Source of the DNA: Patescibacteria group bacterium
GTDB lineage: Bacteria > Patescibacteriota > Minisyncoccia > Phycocordibacterales > Phycocordibacteraceae
Assembly: GCA_029260935.1 (NCBI GenBank)
Contig: JAJDCJ010000008.1
Span: forward strand, 3,905-67,904
Direction: 5' to 3'
DNA length: 64,000 bases
Positions 8,888 through 17,774 of this stretch are shown piece by piece. A program made the translations under genes and the position numbers. A model generated the notes under the pieces. The model ran no database searches. It was not told the origin of the DNA and saw only the letters and a program-made list of their open reading frames with translations. Each line of letters starts with the position of its first letter. The first letter of the stretch is position 1.

Positions 8888-10090
8888 ATGCTCAAAAAAT
8901 TCGCCTCATTCTTTCTCTACAACAACCTTGTGCCGATTATCTTCGGGGTTCTCTTTCTTGGCGCAGGCGCAACATTTGCCGCCTCACCCGAAGCGCGCGA
9001 CGTGGTGTTTAGCGCGCAGGCGGTGGTAGCTTCGGTTGATAATGCATACATCATTTCCGCTGACATCGACGCCTATCCGTTTGACATTCAAATTACAGAC
9101 ATTGCCGAAAGTGACACACACTATTTCATCACCTACACACTGGCAACTATTGATCTTGCAGAAGGGGTATGGCGCGACGTAGTAAAGGCGCGCACGCTTG
9201 AAGTTGAAAAAGCGGTGTTGGCGGGGCGCGACTTGGGTGTGTATGCGGCGCGCCAGCTTTCCGAAACAAGAGATGCCGAACATGCGCGCCTCGTAGAAAC
9301 GCAGAAGATAGAAAAGGACCTAGGCAAGCAACAAAAAATAGTGGCAACGGTGTACGGCGGATTGGTAGGGAGGATGCTTGAACCCAGCGAGGAGGTGTTT
9401 ACAGGATACACACCGGTTGTTTCAGAACCAATTCCTACAGGGGTGGTTGCAGGTGATGGTGGGGGGAGTACAGGTGCGGGCACTGCAGTACCCGCACCTG
9501 ACCCGCGCGCCGCGGAAGCGGCGCGCCTTGCCGCGCTTGAAGCACGCATTTCTTCGCTTGAATCCGCCCTCGCTTCCGGCAGCACCTCTGCCACCCCCAC
9601 TGATGGACGTCGGACGTCCATCAGTGGGGGTGGGGACACCGAAGCTCCCGTCATTACCGTGAACGGCAATAACCCAGCGACCATCAATGTGGGCGACACC
9701 TACGCCGACCTCGGCGCAAGCGTCACCGACAACATTGATCAAAACATCGGCATCCACACCTTTGTTGACGGCAACGAAGTAACTACCGTAGCTTTGGATA
9801 CCAGCACCTCAACCACATACACTATTGTATATAAAGCAACTGACACTTCAGGAAATGTGGGAGAGGCAACACGCACCGTCGTTGTGGGAGGAGCTCAACC
9901 AGGAGCGGAACCACCAACCGTGGTACCTGAAACGCCACCGGCTTCACCTACTGCAACTTCAACACCCGCAACCCCTCCTCCTGAACCTGCCGCAACGTCC
10001 ACCCCTCCGACGAGCCCTCTTCCAGCTGTAGAAACAACTCCACCACCACCCGCAACCATAACCGGCACCACCACGCCAGAATCAATCTAA
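8888..10090 (+). CDS. Signal/TM-anchored protein with coiled coil, DUF5011-like Ig domain and Pro/Thr tail
   Basis: N-terminal hydrophobic segment; RLAALEARISSLESALASG; DTEAPVITVNGNNP Ig module nearly identical to that of the first gene. Confidence 0.8.
   Translation: MLKKFASFFLYNNLVPIIFGVLFLGAGATFAASPEARDVVFSAQAVVASVDNAYIISADIDAYPFDIQITDIAESDTHYFITYTLATIDLAEGVWRDVVKARTLEVEKAVLAGRDLGVYAARQLSETRDAEHARLVETQKIEKDLGKQQKIVATVYGGLVGRMLEPSEEVFTGYTPVVSEPIPTGVVAGDGGGSTGAGTAVPAPDPRAAEAARLAALEARISSLESALASGSTSATPTDGRRTSISGGGDTEAPVITVNGNNPATINVGDTYADLGASVTDNIDQNIGIHTFVDGNEVTTVALDTSTSTTYTIVYKATDTSGNVGEATRTVVVGGAQPGAEPPTVVPETPPASPTATSTPATPPPEPAATSTPPTSPLPAVETTPPPPATITGTTTPESI
9591..9633. repeat. REP-like palindrome (GGACGTC-G-GACGTCC core, 21-bp arms) in frame inside the CDS
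   Basis: ccacccccactgatggacgtc-g-gacgtccatcagtgggggtgg. Confidence 0.9.
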
Positions 10091-10104
10091 CCAAACTCCT
10101 CCCA

Positions 10105-10205
10105 TTTGCGGACGTCGGACGTCCGCAAACCTCGCATTTCCGCCCTTCTTCACCCCTCACACCCAAATAATTATGGACGTCGGACGTCCATAATTATTTG
10201 GGTGT
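10105..10205. repeat. Two REP palindromes downstream of RAYT-1
   Basis: tttgcggacgtc-g-gacgtccgcaaa (10105-10129); acacccaaataattatggacgtc-g-gacgtccataattatttgggtgt (10159-10205). Confidence 0.9.
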
Positions 10206-10215
10206 CTGTTGTTAT

Positions 10216-10899
10216 TTATTCTAAAGTAACTCCCGCAACCTCATCAACACTAAACTCTTTTAATGTCTTTGAAACTGATTTTTTATACCCTCCTTCACCA
10301 CCAAAAAACTCAAGAAAAAACTTTCGGTCAGTTACCAACGGAAAGTTTTTCTCTCCTAAATAATCAAGGTGACTGCTCCAGCGATACGTGTTCAGAAAAT
10401 CCAACGCCTTTTTCGGGTGTGCGATGCACTGTTTTCGCCATTCCGGCACTTTTAAATCAAGCGGATTAAAGTGAATGTAGTAGGGGATATAAAGGAAGTG
10501 CGCATCACGCTCAATCAGCACCTTCTTATATTTGCCTTGCCACAATGCCCCACTCCGGTCATATTTCTCATTAAAATACTTTGAGTAGCCCCCATTGAGT
10601 TTTTTCATAAAAAGCGAAATACCATTTTCTACAACCGGCGATAACAGCAGGTGATAGTGGTTCGGCATCAAACAGAAAAAATGCACCTGCACCAACCTCT
10701 CCCGGCTCCTCTCATGATAAGTCTGCGGACGTCGGACGTCCGCAGACGGCTCTGTTGCGCGCCGTAATTGATAATAGGGAAGTACATTGCGGGTATCATT
10801 GAATTCATATATATCGTGAATGAACCGCAAATAATCTCTCTCATCAAGAAAAGTAGTGCGTTTATCAACACCTCTGTTGAGTACATGAAAGAAATCCAT
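10216..10899 (-). mobile_element. REP-associated tyrosine transposase (RAYT/TnpA-REP, HUH Y1 family), copy 1
   Basis: FFHVLNRGVDKRTTF...FCLMPNHYHLLL (HUH)...GALWQGKYK...YIHFNP...YRWSSH; probable ATG 10899 with TATACT 6 nt upstream; flanked by palindromes. Confidence 0.9.
10721..10747. repeat. REP palindrome inside the RAYT-1 coding sequence
   Basis: gtctgcggacgtc-g-gacgtccgcagac, read as SADVRRPQT in the RAYT frame. Confidence 0.9.
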
Positions 10900-10925
10900 A
10901 CGGCAAGTATATCTCTCTCTTACAG

Positions 10926-10952
10926 ATCTGCGGACGTCGGACGTCCGCAGAT
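10926..10952. repeat. REP palindrome upstream of RAYT-1
   Basis: atctgcggacgtc-g-gacgtccgcagat. Confidence 0.9.
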
Positions 10953-11012
10953 GGGGATAGTAAATAATAAAGGCAGGCAGGAGAGGGAATTTCAATGCGT
11001 TACAATAAAGGT

Positions 11013-12047
11013 ATGAAAAAGATTAACGTTGCCATAAATGGCTTAGGCAGAATTGGGCGTGCGTTTGTGCGCGCCACACAAAAAAGTGACGCGATTAACA
11101 TTGTCGCTATTAATGATTTATCAGACACGGAAAACCTTGCCTACTTACTACGGCGTGACACGGTATATGGCATGGCGCCTTTTGAGGTGTCGCATACAGA
11201 AAACACACTTCTCATTGCGGGAAAAGAAATTCCTGTGTATGCAGAAAAAGATCCAGCTCAATTGCCGTGGAAACAGCATGATGTTGATGTTGTGGTTGAG
11301 GCAACAGGAAAGTTTACAAAATATGCTACCTCAAAAGCGCACCTTACCGCAGGGGCAAAACGAGTGGTTATCACCGCTCCGGTTAAAGACACTCCGGAAG
11401 ACGCCGGCGTCATTGGTGCAACAGTTTTGATGGGTATAAATCACCACGAACTTAAAACGTGTGATATCAGTTCCAACGCTTCGTGCACTACAAACGCAGG
11501 TGGTCCACTCATTGCGGTTTTAGATGAGGGAATTGGTATTGAAAAGGCACTCCTTAATACTATTCATGGATACACGTCGTCGCAGTCACTGGTTGATGGT
11601 CCATCATCGCGAAAAAATGATCCACGCCGTGGACGAGCTGCCGCACAAAACATTGTGCCTTCAACCACGGGCGCGGCGACTGCAACCACGAAAGCTCTCA
11701 CTCAACTTGATGGACTCTTTGATGGCGTTGCCGTCCGTGTACCTGTGCCTGTCGGCTCACTCATTGACATTACATTTGTTGCCAAACGCGAAACGTCGGT
11801 TGAAGAAGTCAACGCCATTCTCACTAAAGCATCAAAAGACAAACGGTGGGAAGGTATCTTTACCGCAACTGACGAGCCATTAGTTTCAAGTGATATCATC
11901 GGAAACATACACGCTTCTATTGCAGACCTCTCCTACACGCGTGTGGTGGGTGGTACCTTAGTAAAAGTGTTTGCGTGGTACGACAACGAAACAGGATACA
12001 CTAATGCACTTCTTAAGCAGGTGATTGAAACAGGGGGGTATGTCTAA
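11013..12047 (+). CDS. gap: Glyceraldehyde-3-phosphate dehydrogenase type I
   Basis: VAINGLGRIGR; SNASCTTN active site; WYDNETGY. Confidence 0.97.
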   Translation: MKKINVAINGLGRIGRAFVRATQKSDAINIVAINDLSDTENLAYLLRRDTVYGMAPFEVSHTENTLLIAGKEIPVYAEKDPAQLPWKQHDVDVVVEATGKFTKYATSKAHLTAGAKRVVITAPVKDTPEDAGVIGATVLMGINHHELKTCDISSNASCTTNAGGPLIAVLDEGIGIEKALLNTIHGYTSSQSLVDGPSSRKNDPRRGRAAAQNIVPSTTGAATATTKALTQLDGLFDGVAVRVPVPVGSLIDITFVAKRETSVEEVNAILTKASKDKRWEGIFTATDEPLVSSDIIGNIHASIADLSYTRVVGGTLVKVFAWYDNETGYTNALLKQVIETGGYV

Positions 12048-12489
12048 TCGTATATATCTTGCAAGTGATCATGCAGGTTTTGAACTTAAAGAGTTTATAA
12101 AAGCAAAACTCACCGAAGCAGGGTACCAAGTTGAAGACTGTGGCGCCACGACTTTTGAAAAAACAGATGACTATCCCGATTTTATACAGCACGCCGCAAA
12201 AGGAGTGCAGAAAACTGAAAACAGTCGCGCTATTATTTTCGGACACTCAGGTCAGGGAGAGGCACTTTCCGCCAACCGTTTCAAAGGTGTACGCGCTACC
12301 GTCTACTATGGAGGTTCTGATGAAGCCATTACATTATCCCGTGAACATAACGACGCTAACATCCTTTCCCTTGGCGCCCACTTCCTCACACAAGAAGACG
12401 CATGGAGCGCAGTTTCCCTCTGGCTCAACACACCGTTTTCAAAGGATGAACGCCACATACGACGCATACACAAAATAGATGCGCTATAA
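12040..12489 (+). CDS. rpiB: Ribose-5-phosphate isomerase B
   Basis: ASDHAGFELK, DDYPDF, SREHNDANIL, RHIRRI. Confidence 0.93.
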   Translation: MSNRIYLASDHAGFELKEFIKAKLTEAGYQVEDCGATTFEKTDDYPDFIQHAAKGVQKTENSRAIIFGHSGQGEALSANRFKGVRATVYYGGSDEAITLSREHNDANILSLGAHFLTQEDAWSAVSLWLNTPFSKDERHIRRIHKIDAL

Positions 12490-12501
12490 AAATGTAAAAA
12501 C

Positions 12502-13170
12502 ATGACTGAAGCAATTCCTGCAATTATTCCCGAGTCACTTGATGACTTACGCGCAAAACTCACCACACTGAAGCCGTTTGCCTCGTCAGTGCAAATTGAT
12601 ATCACCGACGGTTTGTTTGTGCTCTCACAATCATGGCCAATGCGCACCACTGATAAAAAACCATTTGAAACTTTTGTGCGCGGAAAGGGCCCACTTCCTT
12701 TCTCTGAGGACTTTTCTTTTGAAGCTGATCTGATGGTTCACGCTCCTGAAACTGTTCTCAAAGACTGGGTAAGACTTGGCATCACTCGCGCAGTTTTTCA
12801 TCTGAGGAGCAAACACAATTTTTCTGAAGTTCAAAGTGCAGTGGGGGATACAGTAGAGTTGGGTGTTGCCATTGACCTCAGCGCTCCGTATGAGCGCCTT
12901 GCTTCGTATATTCCCGACATTGATTACGTACAAGTAATGGGAATTAAAACATTGGGCAGACAAGGGGAGCCGTTTGATCCGCGTGCAATTGATTTGGTTA
13001 AAAAAGTACGGCACGATTTTCCTGATGTTATAATTCAAATAGACGGCGGAGTACATATTCACTCCGCCCAGGTCCTCGTTGAATCTGGAGCGAATCGTTT
13101 GGTTGCCGGTTCGTTTATTTTGAAGGCAGAGAAACCACAGGAAGCATTTACATTTTTAGAGGAACTCTAA
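12502..13170 (+). CDS. rpe: Ribulose-phosphate 3-epimerase
   Basis: QIDITDGLF, EADLMV, VQVMG...GRQGEPF, IQIDGGV, GANRLVAGS; pentose-phosphate context. Confidence 0.85.
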   Translation: MTEAIPAIIPESLDDLRAKLTTLKPFASSVQIDITDGLFVLSQSWPMRTTDKKPFETFVRGKGPLPFSEDFSFEADLMVHAPETVLKDWVRLGITRAVFHLRSKHNFSEVQSAVGDTVELGVAIDLSAPYERLASYIPDIDYVQVMGIKTLGRQGEPFDPRAIDLVKKVRHDFPDVIIQIDGGVHIHSAQVLVESGANRLVAGSFILKAEKPQEAFTFLEEL

Positions 13171-13173
13171 TAT

Positions 13174-14040
13174 ATGCACACAAGTCTAACCGAAGACACA
13201 CTTACTCTTCTTGAAAAAAAAGCGCGCGACGTGCGCGAGACCCTTATTCGTATGCTGACTGAAGCGGGTAGTGGACACACAGCGGGTTCTTTGGGAATGG
13301 CAGATATTTTTGTGGCGTTGTATTTTCATGTACTTAACCATAATCCGCAAGACCCAGAATGGGAAGACAGGGACCGTTTAGTGCTTTCAAATGGTCATAT
13401 TGTGCCGGTTAGATACGCCACCATGGCGCACGCGGGGTATTTCCCTGTTGAAGAAACAATGACGCTAAGAAAACTTGGCTCACGCCTGCAAGGACACCCT
13501 GAACGCACCAAACTGCCCGGACTTGAAACAACGTCAGGCCCTCTCGGCACAGGTCTTTCACAGGCCTCCGGTATGGCGCTTGCCGCTAAAATGGATAAAA
13601 AGAAGTACCGCGTGTACTGCGCCATGAGTGATGGCGAACACCAGGCAGGTAATGTATGGGAGGCGGCCATGTTTGCAGGCGCCAACAAACTCGGCAACTT
13701 AGTAGGTATTATTGACCGTAACAATATCCAAATTAACGGTATGACCGAAGAGGTGATGCCACTTGAACCACTGCAAGAAAAATACAAATCATTTGGTTGG
13801 CACGTGCTTGAAGTGGATGGCCATAATATAGAAGACATTGTGGACGCCTACGACAAAGCGCGTGCCATTTATGAAAAACCAACACTCATAGTTGCTCACA
13901 CTATTCCCGGAAAAGGCATCCCCGATATTGAGTTTGACTATACCTGGCACGGCAAGTCGCCAACCACAGAGGAGGCAAAGAAGTTTATTGAAGAAGTACG
14001 CAGTATGTGCGGAAAAGTAACCTGTGGCGATAAAGACTAG
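13174..14040 (+). CDS. Transketolase N-terminal subunit
   Basis: AGSGHTAGSLG, DRDRLVLSNGH, LQGHP, SDGEHQAG TPP motif. Confidence 0.95.
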   Translation: MHTSLTEDTLTLLEKKARDVRETLIRMLTEAGSGHTAGSLGMADIFVALYFHVLNHNPQDPEWEDRDRLVLSNGHIVPVRYATMAHAGYFPVEETMTLRKLGSRLQGHPERTKLPGLETTSGPLGTGLSQASGMALAAKMDKKKYRVYCAMSDGEHQAGNVWEAAMFAGANKLGNLVGIIDRNNIQINGMTEEVMPLEPLQEKYKSFGWHVLEVDGHNIEDIVDAYDKARAIYEKPTLIVAHTIPGKGIPDIEFDYTWHGKSPTTEEAKKFIEEVRSMCGKVTCGDKD

Positions 14041-14045
14041 GAAAT

Positions 14046-15035
14046 ATGTTAAACAAAAACATAAAACTAAATACAAAAATTTTTGATACAGACGTGGAGC
14101 GTGCACCAACACGTGACGGGTTTGGTAATGGTGCAATTGAAGCAGGAGAAAAAGATACCAATGTTGTGGTGCTGTGTGCCGACCTTGCCGACTCAACGCG
14201 CGCGCAGTGGTTTCGGGACAAGTTTCCCGACCGCTACATTGAACTTGGTGTTGCCGAACAAAATATGGCGGCGGTTGCTTCCGGCATGGCTTCAGTTGGG
14301 AAAATCCCTTTCATCACATCCTACGCGGCATTTAACCCAGGGCGCAACTATGAGCAAATTAGAACCACCGTTGCCCTCAATGAAATGCCGGTGAAAGTCT
14401 GTGGAATGCATGCGGGAGTGTCTGTGGGTCCTGACGGCGCGACACATCAAATGTTAGAGGACATTGGCCTCATGCGTATGTTACCGAACATGACTGTGGT
14501 ATATCCGGCTGACGCCGAAGAGGCGCGCAAGGCAACGTATGATTCGGCCTTTAACAAAAAACCAACGTACCTACGGTTTGCTCGAGAAAAAACTCCACTT
14601 ATGACAACGAAAGACACACCATTTACCATAGGAAAGGCATACACCATGTGGGAAGGAAAGGACCCGGAGGTCACAATTATCGGCGTGGGCCCACTACTTC
14701 ACGAGGCGCTAAAAGCAGCGGTCGCTCTTGAAAAAGAAGGTATTGCAGTGAGTGTTATAAACAGTCACACCATTAAACCGCTTGATGAGGAAACTATTTT
14801 GAATGCCATAAAAAAATCGGGTGCCGTGGTGACCGTTGAGGAACACCAAAAAGCAGGTGGTTTTGGGAGCGCGGTTGCTGAACTTCTCTCTCAAAATTAC
14901 CCAGTGCCACAAGAATATATTGCAGTTGACGACCGGTTTGGACAGTCAGGAACACCGAGCGAATTAATTGCCCATTATAAACTTGATGCCACAGCAATTA
15001 TTGACGCGGTAAAAAAAGTAAAAAAAAGAAAATAG
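14046..15035 (+). CDS. Transketolase C-terminal subunit
   Basis: GVAEQNM, GPDGATHQMLED, VTVEEHQ. Confidence 0.95.
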   Translation: MLNKNIKLNTKIFDTDVERAPTRDGFGNGAIEAGEKDTNVVVLCADLADSTRAQWFRDKFPDRYIELGVAEQNMAAVASGMASVGKIPFITSYAAFNPGRNYEQIRTTVALNEMPVKVCGMHAGVSVGPDGATHQMLEDIGLMRMLPNMTVVYPADAEEARKATYDSAFNKKPTYLRFAREKTPLMTTKDTPFTIGKAYTMWEGKDPEVTIIGVGPLLHEALKAAVALEKEGIAVSVINSHTIKPLDEETILNAIKKSGAVVTVEEHQKAGGFGSAVAELLSQNYPVPQEYIAVDDRFGQSGTPSELIAHYKLDATAIIDAVKKVKKRK

Positions 15036-15132
15036 AAAGAGTAATGAACTGTATGACACCAACAGTCTTAACAAACACCATAAAAAATGAAGCAGTTTTG
15101 TTAACTAAAAAAATCTATATTAAAAATTAATC

Positions 15133-16248
15133 ATGAAGGCAAAAGAAAAAATTGAATACATAGCGTCCCTCGCTGGGGTTACTATAAACGGAAAAAATCC
15201 TTGGGACCTGCACGTACAGGATGAGCGTTTTTATGACCGTATTTTAGGAGGTGGAACGCTCGCGCTCGGTGAATCGTATATGGACGGTTGGTGGAGTGTG
15301 GACGATCTCGCAGAATTTTTTAATAAAATCCTTAGTGCGAAGCTAGATGAAAAAATTAGACCATTTTCAATAGCGCTCCACATAGCACGCGCTAAGTTTA
15401 TGAACTTACAATCTCGGTCACGTGCAACACAGGTGGCAGAAGAACATTACGATATCGGCAATGACCTCTATGAGCGTATGCTTGATACAAGAACGATGTC
15501 ATACACATGCGGCGGCTACTATAAAGATGCACATACCCTTGATGATGCTCAAGAAGCAAAAATTGATTTACTCTGTAAAAAAATTGGACTCAAAAAAGGA
15601 GATCATGTGCTTGACATAGGGTGTGGTTTTGGAGGGTTTGCAAAATATGCAGCAGAGAAATATGGTGCACAGGTTACCGGTATTAGTCTTTCTAAAGAAC
15701 AGATTAAGATTGCAAAAGAAAGAACAAAAGATTTACCTGTTGAAATACGTTTTGAAGATTACCGCAATACAAAAGGACTGTTTGATCACGTGGTTTCAAT
15801 TGAGATGATTGAAGCCGTGGGGTATAAGAACTTTCGTGCCTATTTTGAAAAAGCGCATTCAGTTCTTAAAGAGGGAGGTTTTTTTGGTCTGCAGGCGATT
15901 GTTGGTAACAAGAGTGAGGTTACCACTGATCCATGGATTGATAAATATATTTTTCCAAACGGGATGCTCCCGTCAATAAAACAACTTGGAGACTCTATTG
16001 AAGGATTGTTCGTTGCTGAAGATTGGCATAACTTTGGAGTTGACTATGACACAACTCTTCACGCGTGGTTTGATAACTTCAACAAGGGATGGCCGGATAT
16101 AAAAGATAAATACGGAGAACGTTTTTATCGGATGTGGAAGTACTATCTTTTAATGAGCGCCGGGTCATTTCGTTCTCGCAAGAACCAGCTATGGCAGATT
16201 GTGCTCTCAAAAGGTGGTGTGCTTGGGGGCTACCAAAGCGTGCGTTAA
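15133..16248 (+). CDS. cfa: Cyclopropane-fatty-acyl-phospholipid synthase
   Basis: LGESYMDGWW, HYDIGNDLY, VLDIGCGFGG, WIDKYIFPNG, FYRMWKYYL. Confidence 0.95.
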   Translation: MKAKEKIEYIASLAGVTINGKNPWDLHVQDERFYDRILGGGTLALGESYMDGWWSVDDLAEFFNKILSAKLDEKIRPFSIALHIARAKFMNLQSRSRATQVAEEHYDIGNDLYERMLDTRTMSYTCGGYYKDAHTLDDAQEAKIDLLCKKIGLKKGDHVLDIGCGFGGFAKYAAEKYGAQVTGISLSKEQIKIAKERTKDLPVEIRFEDYRNTKGLFDHVVSIEMIEAVGYKNFRAYFEKAHSVLKEGGFFGLQAIVGNKSEVTTDPWIDKYIFPNGMLPSIKQLGDSIEGLFVAEDWHNFGVDYDTTLHAWFDNFNKGWPDIKDKYGERFYRMWKYYLLMSAGSFRSRKNQLWQIVLSKGGVLGGYQSVR

Positions 16249-16252
16249 AAAT

Positions 16253-16273
16253 ACCGAGGGCATCCTCGGTTTT
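16253..16273 (+). terminator. Probable intrinsic terminator after cfa
   Basis: accgagg-gcat-cctcggt followed by a T run. Confidence 0.6.
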
Positions 16274-16532
16274 GCGAACGGCTATGGATTGGCTATACCA
16301 TGCAAATATGCGGCAGATGAACCTACCACTATTGCTACGAATATAGTAACCGCCATTGATGGAATCAAATGATGCCAACTGCCCACCACATTCTCGGCTT
16401 GGAGTTCTTCTTTTTTGTACCACTGGCGAACATACGGATGAACCACTTCTCCCCATATAACTTTCTCCATCATAGACCCTACCCTATACCAACTGAGGGC
16501 GTCTTGTCAAAAAGGTCTTGTATAAGCTTGAG

Positions 16533-16688
16533 TTAAAAAGGGTTAACCTGATCAGCCCAAAGTATTCCTCCTACAGATAAAATGGCAACTAACGTCGCTA
16601 AGATTAATACTGTGTTTTGGAATGAGTTATCAATTGCTCTGTCGACGACTCGTGCTCGTTCATTTCCTGTAAAAAGTGATTTTGTCAT
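16533..16688 (-). CDS. Putative 51-aa single-TM protein (not in the ORF track)
   Basis: Hand translation MTKSLFTGNERARVVDRAIDNSFQNTVLILATLVAILSVGGILWADQVNPF*. Confidence 0.45.
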   Translation of the reverse strand: MTKSLFTGNERARVVDRAIDNSFQNTVLILATLVAILSVGGILWADQVNPF

Positions 16689-16724
16689 ATTGTGTTTTAT
16701 TTTATGTTTAGGATAGTAAAGACT

Positions 16725-17684
16725 TTACATGAGTTTTGACTCCAGCTCCTCTTTCGTCAAAAGACCCGCCTGCGCGCCGATTTTCTGCACTACATAGGCG
16801 CTGTTGACGGTGCCTCGGAGCATCGCGTCCTTGATGTTCATACCACCTACCACATAGGCAGTGGTTGTGGAAGAGAACGCATCGCCTGCACCGGTGCGCT
16901 CCACCGGTGGCGCCGGGTCGGGGAACATATCGACGTGCACCATCGCTCCATCATCAAGCGCATACGCACCATCGCGCCCGTCAGTGAGTATCGGCATGTT
17001 GGGTCCGAGCGCGTGCATTTCTTTTAACAGTGTCTCTACGTCAGTGCTCTTGGAACCCAAAATGCGCTGATATTCTTCCTTATTGGCAAAAAAGATATTG
17101 GTGTGTTTGTAGATGCGCGCCAGTTTTTCAACGCCGAGTTTCATTTGGAAAGTGCCCGGCTGGAACGCAAGGAAAGTGTCGGGGTGTTTTTCAATGAAGT
17201 CTGCAATTTCATTGTGGTAGTCTTCGGTACCGTCGCCGAGCGAGGAGAGGTAGAGTGCTTTTGTTTTTTCACATCCGAGGGGAAGTGTGTATGGATACTT
17301 TTGATGCTTTACCAGAATAGTGCGCTCGGCATTGTACGAGAGTACAAAGTGGTAGTTGGTAGGAATGCCGTCGTGCATGCGCACGTGGGTTACGTCCAAG
17401 CCCTCTTTGTTAAAGTGATCTATTATTTCTTTTCCAAACCTATCATTGCCAATGTCAGTGACAAGGCCCGTTTTCAACCCAAGACGAAGCGCCGCAACCG
17501 CAGCGTTTGCGCTATTACCCACGCCGGGAATGACCGTGAGGTCTTTGTAGGGAATTTTGTCGCCCCACCGCATTGAAATACTGCAGTTTTTATTATTATC
17601 ATCACAATTCACTGTGGCATCTTGAAGGGTAATAAAGGCATCGGTTACGGTGTCACCGAGCGCTAAAAAGTCTATGTTGTTCAT
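16725..17684 (-). CDS. PfkB/ribokinase-family carbohydrate kinase
   Basis: GNSANAAVAALRLG; ERTGAGDAF anion-hole motif. Confidence 0.92.
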   Translation of the reverse strand: MNNIDFLALGDTVTDAFITLQDATVNCDDNNKNCSISMRWGDKIPYKDLTVIPGVGNSANAAVAALRLGLKTGLVTDIGNDRFGKEIIDHFNKEGLDVTHVRMHDGIPTNYHFVLSYNAERTILVKHQKYPYTLPLGCEKTKALYLSSLGDGTEDYHNEIADFIEKHPDTFLAFQPGTFQMKLGVEKLARIYKHTNIFFANKEEYQRILGSKSTDVETLLKEMHALGPNMPILTDGRDGAYALDDGAMVHVDMFPDPAPPVERTGAGDAFSSTTTAYVVGGMNIKDAMLRGTVNSAYVVQKIGAQAGLLTKEELESKLM

Positions 17685-17774
17685 ATATATAAGTAGTGTA
17701 CCACTACAGTTTTAGGTGATACGTAAAGGCGAGTTGATGTGGGCTCAATAGCCCGCAGTGTATACTAGGAGGTA

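Noticed and set aside
65-9757. Long antisense and alternate-frame ORFs (e.g. 2183..2965-, 5456..6166-, 9133..9699-)
   Set aside because: Shadows of Thr/Gly/Ser-rich sense genes; no independent motifs.
2901-9885. Diversity-generating retroelement (Avd-like gene plus a repeat pair as TR/VR)
   Set aside because: No reverse transcriptase in the window, both repeat copies are coding, and mismatches are not adenine-specific (e.g. ggcaacaac vs ggcaataac).
1-10090. Prophage tail region
   Set aside because: Tail-fibre-like domains only, with no capsid, terminase, portal or integrase; three of the proteins have TM or signal anchors typical of cell-surface proteins.
16282-16473. 63-aa minus-strand ORF as a gene or as a frameshifted continuation of 16533-16688
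   Set aside because: It has a plausible TM helix, but no motif or clear frameshift evidence; left unannotated.
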